Assembly: GCA_964106645.2 (NCBI GenBank)
Contig: OZ067039.1
Reading direction: 5' to 3' (one strand)
Length of the DNA stretch: 64,000 bases
Source of the DNA: Podarcis pityusensis
Lineage: Eukaryota
Made by a program: the position numbers and the translations under genes. Position 1 is the first letter of the stretch. Every line of letters begins with the position of its first letter. Shown here one piece after another: positions 38,901 through 53,011 of the stretch. Under the pieces are notes generated by a model. It was not told where the DNA came from, did no database searches, and was given only the letters and a program-made list of their open reading frames with translations.

Positions 38901-40713
38901 GAAATAGCAGTTTAAAAATTATTATACTTCCTTTAAAAGAGATACCCAACTTCAGGAATCAAAACTAATAGGCAAAACAATATTTACCGGGTAATTAAGA
39001 GGCAACAAGGGCACCCTGAAGCATTCTGAAAGGCTATTTCAGGAATATATCCCTCTGCTGCACAATGCAGACAGAAGCTGCCTCGCTTTTTGTTAATGGC
39101 AGCGATTTCAGAGACAGCGAAGCAAAGCCTACTTTAAGTCAGTGCAAGTTTACAGATGTGTAGCTGATTATTTTGAATAATTAAATGGTGTCAAAACCAG
39201 CTGTGATGAATAGCACTGGGGTCTCAATTCATAAATAATTGAGGAGACGGCATTGCATTTGATCATTCCCATCAAATTCTACTCTCCCGAGGATAAATGT
39301 TTGTCCTGAATACCATCAACATTGTTAAATGCCTCAATATCCCTGTTCAGTCATCCAGCCAACAGTCAATTTAACTAAATCACTTTTAACACCTCGCACA
39401 GCCGCTGTCCTCATGAATACGAAATGCTTATGATTGGCACAATAGGGTGTCCCCCCCTTATTTTGGTTCGGTTTTTGAATTATCAGACAGTGCGCCTCAT
39501 TGCAAAGGCTATTACCAAAGGGCAGCAATAAGATGCTTGAAAGGGCCATGCTGAAGAAAACGGCTGCAGCCTTAGCTTTGTTACACTGAGGAAAAGGGTG
39601 TTCAGCATCAAAGCAACCATTTTGTGCCAATATCTTATTAGTAAATACAGCTGCCTTTTATGACTCAGTCATGACATTTTTAACACTTGGTTGCTAAAGC
39701 ATGTCATGGCCCCCAAACCATATTTCTCTCCTCTCACCCTGGCGAGATGGCACAACAGCTGCACACTATTTTTGGCTGAGAGGGCTGGGAGAGCCCTCCT
39801 TTCTGACAGTACTTTCAAAGCTCCACTGTGATCAGGCTGAAAGGAATGCGGGGAAGCAGAACGGTTAATACTGGCTTTTGGAATAACTGTTTTAGCTTAT
39901 TAGAGCCTGAGTCTGCCACCCTCATTAAGCATGAAACTGTGTTTATGTAAGCCACACGGGTCTGTAAACCCACAGAGTGCCCGCGACTGTGACTTTGCTG
40001 CGCACACAGCTGCACAGCTATCAGCATTCCTGTATTTAAACATCTTCTTCCACTGCCATTATTTCTGTTTCAGTCCCTAATACTGAGCTCTCCATTTTAC
40101 TGTTATCACAGTTTTTATATTTATAAGATTTCATTCCCAGCCTTCACCATAAGGTCCCAGGACAGGTTACAACAATATAATAATAAAAACGGGGAAATTA
40201 GTTTACAATCACAAAACAAGTTACTCCTTACACTCACTTCAATATGCGGAACTTGCACTTCTACAGGTGCCATGCAATATTAGTTCTGAATTTGCAAAGA
40301 GTCATTCCTTTAGTGTTTCTAAACCATCTTCAAAGACCTGTTGTGCAAATGGAAGTCCTAGCACAGGGCTGACAGGGCCCACTAGGTGAATCCCACCCAA
40401 ACGAGTCTGTGGGCATTGCAGTCACAGTCTCTTTCCTCCTTGCTTGTCTACTAGGAGGCTAGCAGTTGCAAGGTTCAAGAAATCCCACCGAACATCCCAC
40501 ATATAACCGTTCATTACAGACTTCAGGCTGCTTTGTCTTCCATTCTGCCTCTTTCCCAATCAGCAGATGCTCACAGGCATTAGGACTTCTTCAACCCTTC
40601 TATTCAGAGAATCACTTGAGTGCAGTTGGACCTTCGCTCTTCCAAGGCTGCTTGAGACATTTAAATTAAACACCACAGAGAAACTTCCAGCGCTTAAGGC
40701 TGTAAACACGTAC

Positions 40714-40805
40714 CTCAAAGTCTTCTGAGAATCCATGCTGGTTGTTGGCATACAGTTCACTGATATGCTTAACGAATTGTTTGACAGGAATAGCTTCCAT
40801 GTCAT
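40714..40805 (-). CDS. PTPRG: PTPRG coding exon (~exon 16)
   Basis: (D)[30 protein letters not shown]; acceptor tttcag, donor gtacgt; 92 nt, phase 1/0. Confidence 0.97.
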
Positions 40806-41927
40806 CTGAAAAATAAAAAAGATACTCAGCTCTACAATTAATATTTTCTAACAATAACAATTGTCCTATAAAGTTAGGCAATAACATCTCTACCTAGATG
40901 CTAACAAACAGTGTGCGAAGATGGTTTCACGTGCCTTCACAGCTGATACTGGCCCCACTGATGTTGGTGCAAACTTAATGCTCAATTTCTGTATTATCAC
41001 TTTCATCCAGCACTAAGTGACCACCATGTTGCTGCTGTTTAGTCAAGTTTTCATTTAATTGATCCTACTGACCAGAAATGGTTGCTTTATTTCCATTTTA
41101 TGAATAAAGAACATCCATGAATGCACAGGAAACAAAGTGACCCGGGGCAGGTTGCCGATGGAGAAACTACAGGCAACTCTCCATTTATGGTGTCTGGTGG
41201 AATTTTGGTTTTTTAAAGGGTTTCCAAAGGGTTAGATAGAGGGTTTTTGCAGGCTTTTTCAATGGTGTTCCCACTATACACAATTTCACTTAAACATGCA
41301 GTGCCTTGGAACATAACCCCCACATAAATGGGGAGTTGAACTGAATTGAGCTCCAGGAATATATTTGTAGTGGATGGGCTTAACTACAGAATAGCTGAGA
41401 AATCGCAGCATATCTATTACCTTTGCTGTGTGCCTGATGACAGATAATGCAAATTATGAGTAGGGCAAATTAAATTGCTTTGGCTCTATGTCATAGGTAT
41501 TTTTACACACACATTTATGTATGTATTTGGTATAGCTTAACGCTTTGCAATATGAAAATATACTGACAAACAATAAAGAGGGCTCTGAATTCTAAACTAT
41601 TATTGTTATCAGTTCTACTACCTCTGACTTCTGCTAATGTGATACATGGAACAGCCAAAAAGGTTTGCCCATGGAAACATTTTGGTTGACTGTGTTCTGT
41701 GGTTGTATTAAGGCTAAGTCAACAATTTATAGATTGGTATGATCCATGCAAAATCTACATTTATGCTTACTTTTGCCTGGCCCGCACTTCATGGTAACTT
41801 CTTGAATTTTCTCTAGATATGCTAATAAAATACCGTTGCAAAATCCAGGGAATTTTTGAGGTTAAACCTGACAGCAAGTCTCTCCCTCTAGTACAGTGTT
41901 TATTACAATATCATAGTAATGTGAGTA

Positions 41928-42169
41928 CAGTCGTACCTTGGCTGCCTAACGCCTTGGGAGTTGAACATTCCAGTTCCTGAATGATCGAAAGCCAGAAGTG
42001 AGTGTTCTGGTTTTTGAATGTTCTTTTGGAAGCCGAACATCCGACGGGGCTTCCAATTGGCTGCAAGAGTTTCCTGCAGCCAATTAGAAGCTGTGCTTTG
42101 GAAGTCAAATGTTTTGAAAGCGAAACGGACTTCCGGAACGGATTCTGTTCAGTTTCTGAGGTACGACTG
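41928..42169. mobile_element. Non-autonomous Tc1/mariner MITE (second family)
   Basis: TIRs CAGTCGTACCT...AGGTACGACTG with TA TSD; central palindrome aattggctgca...tgcagccaatt. Confidence 0.88.
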
Positions 42170-42782
42170 TATGCTTAGCAGAAGAATTAACTCTCATCCA
42201 CAGGTAGGTTGTAATAATATATTTTCCAATGCAACTAATGTCTCTGAAAGTGATTGAATTCCTATGCTACTTTCATGAGAAGTTAAATTTCTGACAAAGT
42301 GAATAATCCCCCCCCCCAAAAAAATTCCCAATCTACAGCCAAAACCAGTAACACGTCCCTTTCCATGTACCCTTGTTTTAGCATATCTAACTCTAAATTA
42401 CAGTTTTGAAATGTATCTAATAAATGAGATAAACTATATATGTTAAAACAAGGAGGATGACTGGCTCTCGCAGTATGCCATTTTTATTCTGTCTGCTTAG
42501 ACTACAGAGTTGTGACCCTTCCTTGGGGGAATGAGCACATAATAATCTTTTCCACTTGATGTAGAGCATGCAGGAATAGCAAGAAAAACTTGCTTAACCA
42601 AAGGCTTGAAAACTATTGGAATGGGAATAAATCCAACTTTGAAGAGTCCAGCAACTATCTCTACTTTGGGACATTTAAGACACTTCCCATATGTTTTGGT
42701 ATATCAGTGAAAAGGATGAACTAAAGTCAAAGGTAGACTACAACCTCTATTTCATGAAACAATGAATCAATCAAGCCATCAC

Positions 42783-43011
42783 CTGGTGACAAATTATATG
42801 GATCTTCTGTGTCTGAAAGGTATTCAATCACTGTTGAGTTTCCCTGATCGAGCATTTCTTCTTCCTGTTCTTCTTGCTCTCTTCCTCCCTCTTTCCCATC
42901 CCCACCTTGGTCTGTCTTATCTTGCTCTATCTCTTCTTCACTTCCCTCTTCTTTTTTAAATGCACAGCAAATGACATCTCCATACAGGTATTTTGTTTTG
43001 AAGTTTCCCAT
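42783..43011 (-). CDS. PTPRG: Candidate alternative first coding exon of PTPRG: MGNFKT...CC...acidic linker, 76 codons +1 nt
   Basis: agaATGG strong Kozak, in-frame TAA at 43021-43023, donor CAG|GTGATG in phase 1 matching exon 16. Confidence 0.45.
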
Positions 43012-44055
43012 TCTTTCTGGTTAAATTGCCCAGCAAGTTAACACTTGTGGCGGAAGCTACTTGGCATCATGATGGGAAGATCCCACCTCCACTTCCATCT
43101 TTACCAAGCTGTCAGTGGACCAAAGAGCGGAGCATGGCAGGAGCTAAATTTTTCAGTGTTTGAAAGCTTTCACTTTGAAACAAGCTGATCTCTTAAGAGT
43201 TTGTGTGATTCAGTGCTGATACGAGTAACTCAGATAATCTTCAGGTCAACTCCACAATGCCCAGAATTAAAGATCCTGATATTTCAAATGGACTGGGGGC
43301 AGCGGGGCAGAATGACTTATTCTGACAGAAGGTCTAGCTGAGGCAAACATACTGCCAATTCATATTCATTTTATCTTTTTTCCCTTGCCTCAAAAAGCCA
43401 GAGATTAAAGTAATTTGAAGCACTGTGATTCGTCAGTTTAGGACTCTCTGCACAACTATTCCATACAGTCTGCAAATATCAGGAGCATTCTTTTGAAGGA
43501 AAATATATAGTCAGCCAGAAGTAGAGTTTGAAAGTTCTACATTCCAAAAATGCAGTCATTGTTCGAAAATTCCACTGCATTCTTTGCTCATGCACTCTAA
43601 ATGCCTCCTCAAATAAAATCTGCTAATGCATATGAGGAACATGCTTCTTTCAGGTACCTCTTATCTAGTGGCTACTGATAAGCTTCTTTTCCATTTCAGG
43701 AAAATTTACTTCAGAGACCATACCTCTTTTAGTCTACTGAAGAGATTAATGAAATCCTATAAAGGCTAATTAGGAAACCTAACAGTTGCTCAGTGCAAAG
43801 TCCCATTTGGGCAATTAGCTTTCTCCTTGCCTAAAACCGGGCAGCATTCATTAGTGTCACAGTGGAAAAAACCTTCTTGTCCCAACATTCAATAAATGGG
43901 AGGATATATTTTGTGTTAATAGCCATTGTTCATACTTTTTATTTTATTTATTTTGATTCTTCTTCATTCTGTCTCAGAGGCTTATATGTCCTTATGTCAT
44001 GTCAGTATGGATAAATAAGTATTTTAAAAATTAAGTAGGTTCTCTTGTTTCAATT

Positions 44056-44310
44056 GAGAGCCAGTGTGGTGTAGTGGTTAAGAGTGGTGGACTCGTAATC
44101 TGGGGAACCGGGTTCGATTCCCCGCTCCTCCACATGCAGCTGCTGGGTGACCTTGGGCCAGTTACACTTCTCTGAAGTCTCTCAGCCTCACTCACCTCGC
44201 AGAGTGTTTGTTGTGGGGGAGGAAGGGAAAGGAGAATGTTAGCCGCTTTGAGACTCCTGAAGGGGAGTGAAAGGCGGGATATCAAATCCAAACTCTTCTT
44301 CTTCTTCTTC
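44056..44310 (+). mobile_element. Squam3-type tRNA-derived SINE, young copy with (CTT)n tail
   Basis: gagagccagtgtggtgtagtggttaagag (A box), ggttcgattccc (B box), tail ...atcaaatccaaactcttcttcttc. Confidence 0.85.
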
Positions 44311-44874
44311 TAGATCTAAATTACTTACCAATATGTTAAAGACTAGCCCGCCTCTCCTCATCTACACATGGGAAAAAATTCTGCCGTGTTAAAAATCAAG
44401 GCTTTACATAGCCTTCCAGCAAGCAGCCTTGCTTGCTAGTCTTGAGCAATCCTATATTCAGTTACCTGGGGAGTAAGTCCCATTGAACCCAAAGGGACTT
44501 TCTTCTGAGTACACATATATAGGATTATATTATAATTGTACATTTGTCCCAGGCTCTAGGTACGTTCAGGCATTTGCCTGAACATGCAAAACAGAATCTC
44601 TGGATTGGGCCATGCAGACAAGCTCTGCCTCTCGTATCCTTGTATATGTTGCCTCACCTGATGAGTTCCCAGCCTCCCCCATTTTGAGAGGGTAAGATTT
44701 GCAGGGGGCTTATATTCCTTTTTGAGTGTAAACAGAACCTTCCATGGAAGACCCCCAATAAAACCTTAATCACAGGTGGAATATATTATAATGCAATCAG
44801 CATGTGGATTATATGAGCAGACATCTTGGGTTACTTTCCTACCCACATTAAGGCTACATTAAAGTGCGCAGTTT

Positions 44875-45300
44875 AATTGACCCAGGACCACAATACCTCA
44901 AGGACCACATCTCCCCATATAAACCGACCTGGACTCTGGATTCATCATCAGAGGCCCTTCTTTGTGTGCCTCCTTCACATGAGGTCTAGAGGGTGACAAC
45001 ATGAGAGAGCCTTTTCTGCACAGTGGCTCTCGTTTGTGGAATGCTCTCCCCATGGAGATTCGTCTGGCACCTTCATTATATATTTTTAGGTGCCAGGCAA
45101 AAGCTTTCCTCTTTCACCAGGCCTTTGTCTGATAATATTCTACAGCCTTTTAAATGTGGGGGGGGGGGGCTATTGTTTTGTTGTTTCAGCTTTAACAAAT
45201 TAGTTGTGCTTTTATATTGTATTTTAATCTTGTGAACATCCCTGAGATCTTTTGATGAACGGCCATATATAAATCTTACTTAAAAAATAAAATAAACAAA
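44875..45300 (+). mobile_element. L2 LINE 3' end
   Basis: tacctcaaggaccacatctccccatat...gagagccttttct...tgtggaatgctctccc, AT-rich tail. Confidence 0.6.
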
Positions 45301-46169
45301 AATAGATAATGACACTTGTGTTTAGTAAATATGTGCAATGCAAAAAAGGTGGTTTACAACTGTGATTACTTTTACCACACACACACAATCCATTCAGTGT
45401 CATTTTATTTTGCCCCTGACTTTTGTAAAGAAGGCTAAGCTAAAATATGGGAACCACGAGTGACTCTCACATTCCCTTTCCATATGTATAGGTCTTGTGA
45501 TGCACATTCTCTGCTGCATCTGGGCAGTGTTTAAAGTGTCCCTTCTGCACAACTTGCTACCAGATCCTTTTCACTGGAGATACCAATGGTTGCAAACAAA
45601 AGGCCCCAGGGCCAAAGCATGTGCTCTACCAAAAAGCTATGGCAAGGGGTGGAGAGGGCTAAGAAAAGACAGAAGCTTGGAGGATCAGGGATACAGCGTG
45701 TTAAAAGATGTTAAGTGGATGATTTAAGAGGCTATTCTAGTGTCAAGGGAAAGTGATAGTTTAGGGATTTGCTGGTGATGCAGAAAAGATATTAACGACA
45801 ATGCCATTTGAGCAGTGTATGACAGACTGGATCTTACTAAAAATCATACATGCAATGTCAAGTGAAACTGCTGCAGACACTTTGCAGAAAGTGTAAGTCC
45901 TATTCAGAGTAGACACATTGAAATTAATAAGCATGACTAACATAGGCCCACAATTTCAACTGGTCAACTCTGAGTAAACCATAGTTGCTTACAACCCCAA
46001 GTGGTTGATTTGGACTAGTCTGAGGCTGTGCAATCCAGTGTACACAATAGGGAGTAAGTTCCACTGAACTCAAGTTCCATTGGCTACAATCATCTTATGT
46101 TATAATCACAGTGCATCGTACAGGGTACAGTGAATTCCCATAACTGATGTTTGAACAATGGTGGATCTA

Positions 46170-46265
46170 CTGTCATGGATGCTTTAGCTGAGATTCCTGC
46201 ATTGCAGGGAATTGGACTAGATTACCATTGGGATCTCTTCCAACTCTACTATTATATGATTCTAC
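46170..46265 (+). mobile_element. CR1 3' end
   Basis: gctgagattcctgcattgcaggg...ttggactagat...cttccaactctactattatatgattcta. Confidence 0.7.
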
Positions 46266-49200
46266 TACTTTTCAGACAGGCTACAAGCCTGCAATTACTT
46301 ATGCGTGCCTGTATCCATAATGCCTAACTGATGCATTATGGGAGCTTTCATGAATCCTTTATTCCATTCCAAACACCCAAATTTAGGCAATCTCAGTAAA
46401 GGGACACACCACTGCCCTTATGAATGTTCTTTATTTTATTCATTTTACAAGATAATAACAACACACTGCAGAGGGTGCAGACAGTGCATTCCCATAACTA
46501 ACCTTTGAACAACACTGAACCTACTGGTTGAGAGAAAGACTATGTTGTTATTGGCTGGAAGCCAGCAAACTGTGAAATGAATTTAAATTGCACCGAATTT
46601 AAGTAGGATGAGCACATGTAGCTGTGCACTGGATTGCAGTCACTGTACTGAGTCTATTCTAAGAAAGCGAGTTATGCCTAAATCCCATTGAAAAACAATG
46701 AGATTTCAGCACATAATTTAATATTTTAAGTGTCATTAAGAACCCTCACTGGTCCTGATCCAGAGTTCTGCATGAGCCGTAATTGACTCTTAGGCAGACA
46801 AAAAAGAAAGAAAGAAAAGAGACCATGTGCTTGTGACTGAGTGAGTATTAATGACACCATTTCAATCAAGGTGTAATCTAATATAGCATCATGCCAAGAG
46901 CAACTATTAAGGGATGTGTCAGTTACAAATATTATGCACATTGAATGAAATCTGAATTTATAAACCACATGCACACATCCGCCTTTAAATAATAAATGAA
47001 AGTGACATTCAGTCCACCTACTTTAAGTCTGCAAGGAAGAAATGAGAGTCATTCCTGAATAATCCAAATGAGAACTATTTACATTCACTGAGGAGAATGT
47101 TGTGTCTTGCAAAAAGTACCCGATATGAAAAGGCACTGGGTACATGTTGGCCTCCTCCTCCTTAGCAATGAATATGGTGACATACAGTGATAATGGAAAC
47201 ATCCGAGCACTGGTTTGCAAACTTAAGGGAAAGTTGTGGAAATTTCTTGAGGTTCAGCAGCTGTTGAGTCCCCCCCACCCAATATGACTCAAACTGTTGT
47301 TGAAAAGAAGTGGGGAAAAGAAGGCAAGCCAATATCAAATGGAAGAAATTGGATTGATATTTCTCATACGTTTTGAACATGGCCCTCGTTCCAGGCCAGT
47401 CACTCTGCTATTTGCTCCACAGATTAGAAAATTCTGCATGCAGGGGCAGAATGGGACATCTCTTCATAAGCATTTTGGAGGGAAAACAGCATATTGATTC
47501 ACTTATGTGGTTATCCTTGATCCATATGGGGCTTAAGCTGGGAGATGTACATTAATGACAACACCGGCAAAATATATATATTTCTCTTTTTAATGCAAGT
47601 TTTATGATTCTCTGGTCAGCTTTTATTTGGTGGCGAGGGCTGATAGGCATCAGACAAGATCTACACACACCCAACCTATGACTACAGATTAGTGATAAAG
47701 AGTTCCATGAAAAGATCACTAGGAGGCACCCAAAATGAACTGTGCTAAGAAACAGAAAATGAAGCAATGGCAAGTGTGTGTGTGTCTGTGTGGAACAGAA
47801 TGGGCTAGCATATTTAATAATGTTTAATAAGTCTGCCATCCAGGCGCAGTTGCTCTCCCCCTAAGGGCATGATCCCAGATGAGACCAATGCTTTTTGATT
47901 TATATTAAGTGGGTAATAGCTGTAGGGGCAACTGAGCTAATGATCCTGTCGGTGTTCTGTGGTTCTCTAGACTGCTCAGCAGAGTTAATTATGAATTGTA
48001 ATGAGAACTCTGGGCTTCAGGACAGAACGGGCATAGATTAGTACATGCCTATATGCTATTCAGTTTCATGGTTGAAAATGAAGTAAATTTCTTCTGTGGA
48101 AAGCTAGGTATCTAATAATGCTGCAGTTGCAGAACAGCAAAATTCTATTATACCATCAATCATTAGCACCATGTATTTTGGAGCTGTCAAGCACCTTTAA
48201 AGCTGTCACAGAATTTGTTTTTGTTGTTTTAAAAAAGGAATGCAGAGGACTTTCACATTTTTAGATATGCATGGTCAAAACTGCTTCCATTGTGACCATA
48301 TGACTGAAACTGAGAATGAAAATTGGTCCACCCAGCCCGGTTAAATAGATGTGCAGATCCACAGGGACATATTTAACTATCCATTTATAACTACTGCCTG
48401 GGGTATCGCTAGCAAATAAAGATTACTTTAAGGAACTGGCGTTTGTTAAAATGTCATTTATACTTTACTTCCAGAATCAATACAGCTTGGGAGATTTTCT
48501 CATGCTCCCTGGCTATTTCTAAAGGGGAAGAAAAAGTTTAGAAGAGGTATCATTTTATCAACCATATGAGTGAATCAAAAGGAAGAATTTTCCATTTAAC
48601 CTTTAAAGGCTTTTCAGCAAAAACGGCTGTATAAGGAGTTATAACTGACAGGAAGGTGTGAAACAGCACTTAGCAGATTGCTCTGGGGAATGGAATTTGA
48701 AGCCTTTTCTGGTGTGGTGGGGAAGCGAGGAAAGGGCATCAGGATGAGGTTAATTGGACCCATTCAAACAGACTAAGAACGGGTTCCCCCCACTTTTAGA
48801 ATTATTTCTACATTTATGCACACCTTTAGTTCTACTCAGGCATCTGGTTTCTATGGGTACTGAATGCATGATGGGACCAGCAGGAACACGAGGGGCTAGA
48901 GCTGTCCCACCTTGATGACATCATATGTGTCGGCCATGACCCCAGGTGACTTGCCAGCAGACTCACAATCTGCTTCTATTTGTATAGGGTTTACAGGAAA
49001 AGGAAGTGAAGCTTGTTAAACCTTGTTCACTCAGGGTTCCCCATCCCCATGGAGGATACTCAATGCAAGGGGTAGTCAATGTGGTACTTTCTAGATGTTG
49101 GACTACCAAGTCCCCAGCCAGTATGGCCAATGGTCAGGGAGTTATAGTTCAACAACATCTATGGGACATCTCACTGGCGACACCTGTCTTATGAGCACAA

Positions 49201-50426
49201 AAAGAGCCCTCTTCAGACTGATGACAACTGGGCATTGGCTGGGGTTATGCAGCTGGTACATGCCTTGCTAGCCCACCTGGGCCCTTCACACATTGTGCCC
49301 ACAGGCCCTGAATTCTTGAATGGAGCATTAAGGCACAGTATTGCCATGGTATCATATACATAAAACTCAACAGCTATGTACAAGAAATTGCAAAAGTTCC
49401 ACAAAGGTTGCTGCTTCAGAATGCATGAAAAAGGTGCTCTTACTTCCATAGTTAGACCTTGGACATAGTTAGACCTATCACCACTAAAAAAGAGGCATAA
49501 TATTTTCTATTACACAGAATAACGCAGAAAATTTCATCCTTGTTTTTATGTTACATTTGTAATATGGCTTTCTACCTTCAGAGGAAAAACAGTATTTTAA
49601 TAATATCTAAAAGTATTTAAGTTAAACTACTATTCCACTGTCTATTATTTTATTCTAAGTTCCGGTTTGGTACTCCTGGAACATTTCAGTGGTATTGATG
49701 AAAAGCAACCATTTTCTCATTTTCTTTTTGGACTTATGGGCACACTCCCACTTTTTAGAAAATCAAAAATCTTCCCTCTAGTGTGAAAACACACTGAGAA
49801 TATTCATTCAAATCAAGAGCCACTATAACCCTCCGCATTTTTTTTAATAGAAAAGATGAAAACTTTATCCTGGATCTCAAACCCCCGCTTCTGCAGACCA
49901 ATGCTTGAAGATCTGGGGGGACCATTTGAACATTTTAGCTATTTCGCACATTATTTTGATTAATCAAACTAAAATTGGGCTTGGTTTCAACTACATACAT
50001 TAGTTGGAAGGTTGTAATGATATGGATTTTTCCTCTTTGTCGGCAAGAATAAAACAGCTATTGATGTATAAGTGGGACCTCCAGTCCCTTTCCCCTCCCA
50101 CCCATTTCCCATTTTGCTCACAACAGTCAAGCGGCATTATATGACCACTGAATATGTTTGGGGTCCCCCTCTCCTAGATCCCCCCAAAGTTTCTTGTCCT
50201 TCAGACAACTTAGTATTAAAAGTGTATTAAGAAATTATATTAGAGTGAAGCTCCAATAGAAGGAGCTTTTGCCTCCACCTTTTAGACAGACTAATAAATG
50301 ATCTACACCAGAGATCAGGAACATGTCTATCTCCCAATGTTGCTAGACTGCACCTCTCACCATCCCTAACCATTGGTCATGCTGTGAGAGCTGGAGGCCA
50401 ACAACATCTAGAGGGCGACCCTGATA

Positions 50427-50668
50427 CAGTGGTACCTCTGGTTAAGTACTTAATTCGTTCCGGAGGTCCGTACTTAACCTGAAACTGTTCTTAACCTGAA
50501 GCACCACTTTAGCTAATGGGGCCTCCTGCTGCTGCCGTGCCACCGGAGCACGATTTCTGTTCTTATCCTGAAGCAAAGTTCTTAACCTGAAGCACTATTT
50601 CTGGGTTAGCGGAGTCTGTAACCTGAAGTGTATGTAACCTGAAGTGTATGTAACCCGAGGTACCACTG
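50427..50668. mobile_element. Non-autonomous Tc1/mariner (Tigger-like) MITE
   Basis: TIRs CAGTGGTACCTC...GAGGTACCACTG flanked by TA on both sides; internal taacctgaag repeats. Confidence 0.9.
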
Positions 50669-51654
50669 TATACATGTTCAACCAAAAGAGGTTTTCTTCT
50701 ATTGTTTAAGACAAAAGGTGGGGGCTTGGTTGTTGTTGTTTTTAATGTTCCCTCTTATTTATCTGATTAAAACCAACAACATGTATTTGTAGTAATGAAA
50801 AACCGCATGAGGTAAAATAATAGACTAGAACTTTTCTCCTGCTCAGCTCTGAAATTCTTTATCTTACAACTCCCATTTAAGCTTCGTAACTATTCTCCTG
50901 AATACTTTGCACCTCCTGCGATGGTGTGGGGAAATACCACAGAACTAATGGAATTAGTAGCATTTGGGGGGTGAGGCATTCTATATGGTCAAATAATACA
51001 ATTTTGCTTACACGTGACAAGAAGATGGGGAGATTTTTTTTTATTTTTAAAAGCTTTTAGACAAACCTTAAGGAGGATTTTAATGGCAAAGTTTTGGTTA
51101 TATGAAGGACTTCTGGTTTGTAGCATTGTGCACACTGGTAATAGGGGAAAATCATCACAGCATGCAGAGTTGTACACATTTCTGACATGATTTGCTGCTA
51201 ATTGGATAAGAGTATGTGAACAAAAGCTCTGTCAGAATGGGTTATCCACAGCCCCTTTCTGAAGACAATCCCATAAAGCAGATCCAAACCCAATTTGGAA
51301 TTCAGCTAATGGGATCAAACCTTGGAAAAGTGACATAGAAAGCATCCCAAGTGAATTTCCTATGTATTTGCATGTTTGCTCAGGAGATCCCATAAAAAAA
51401 AAAATCACCACATGAGCATCAGAGGTTTGTCAGACAAGGTAATCACACTTCCGACAAAAGCCTCAAGGCCATACAAAGAACTCCAATGTTATCTTATCTA
51501 TATTGTACACAATATTGTTGGCTAGCAATATTTAACTTATACGTATGCCTTGCAAAGAATCTCAGTCTAAAACAGTTATTTGTTACATGGCTTTCAAAAT
51601 ATCTGGAAGGGGGGGGGATAAGTGCAGTGCACAATTCTCAGTGGGAGAGCATCT

Positions 51655-51810
51655 GAATCATAGAATCACAGAATTGTAGAGTTGGAAGGAACCCAGGGGT
51701 AATCTAGTCCAACCCCCTGCAATAGGGGAATCTCAACTAAAGCATCCATGGCAGATGGCTATCTACCCTCTGCTTAAAAACCTCCAAAGAAGGAGAGTCC
51801 ACTGCCTTTT
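51655..51810 (-). mobile_element. CR1 3' end
   Basis: gaatcatagaatcacagaat tail repeats and gagttggaagg...tctagtccaaccccctgc. Confidence 0.75.
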
Positions 51811-53011
51811 TAGGGATTCCAACTTCCTATGTTCCCAATAACTGAAAGATAACTGTAACGCTCAAACCAGTGGCCAACCAGCAGCCAACCCACTACCTCA
51901 GGAAAAACTGTGACAATTCCAACATGCCTTTGAAAAAAGCTTTGAGTTTTCATTGCTCTAAGGCAAGAGTAGGGAAACTTTGGCCCTCCAGTTGTTGCTG
52001 GACTACAAACTCCATCATCCCCGACTATTGATCCTACTGGCTGGGAAGGATGCGAGTTGTAGCTCACAACATCTGGACAGCACCAAAATAGCTACCTGTG
52101 TTTCAAGGCATAAAGAGCTGTGTACAACAGACAATATGCAAATCTTCACATCTGTCTGGCTTTGGCTCACAAATTTCTGCTGAGAACCATTCCATATATA
52201 ATTACTTCAAGGCACTTGACAGATTGTAAAATAGTAGGCATGTGCGTTGATATTTTTAATTAACCAGTAAATAAGCATTAGGACCAAGTCTGCAGCTACT
52301 CTAACAGCAATCTTCTCTTTACTGAGAAGTAAATCCCACTGCTTAGTTTCCAGTAAGTGTATTTAGGATTGTATTTAGGACTAAACTGATACAACTTTGC
52401 CTCAAGCAAAACCTATGCATCTTATTTGGCCACTTACATTTAAATGAGAGTTTTCCTATAAAACAGTACTGCGTAGGTGGGATCTCCCCCTGCCCTCAAA
52501 AGGTCACAGGCAGCCTGGCAAGCAAAAGTCTTCATTACGCAGACCTGGCAACTGGAGTTCCACTTGCACTGCAATCCAACATTACCTGGGAGTAAGTCTC
52601 AGTGAATGTCAGGATTTCTGTGTAGACATTCATAAGATTGTCCTGCACAGCTGGAGGCCAGAGAAGGTGCAGACTACGAACATCAGTGAACAAGAAGGAT
52701 GGAGTAAGTGATTAATGGCAAAAGGGCAGAGCGAGGAAAGTAGAAGACACATGGGGACTCCCCACTATGATACCATCAGTGCTTTGTGCCTTATCCAGAT
52801 AAGAAAGCACTAATCCAAACTCTGTGTTCCCCCCTCATTTTAATGAAGATTTACAGAAATATTACTACACACTGCGGGATGCTCCAAATGTATAAAGAAG
52901 TCAGCCAATGTGGGAAGCGGACTGACTGATACAGAACATACAGTGCAAACTGTGATTTGTAAGGAGCCCAAAGTATGAATGAGTTAAGTCATGATGTCAG
53001 ACCTTCCTTAC

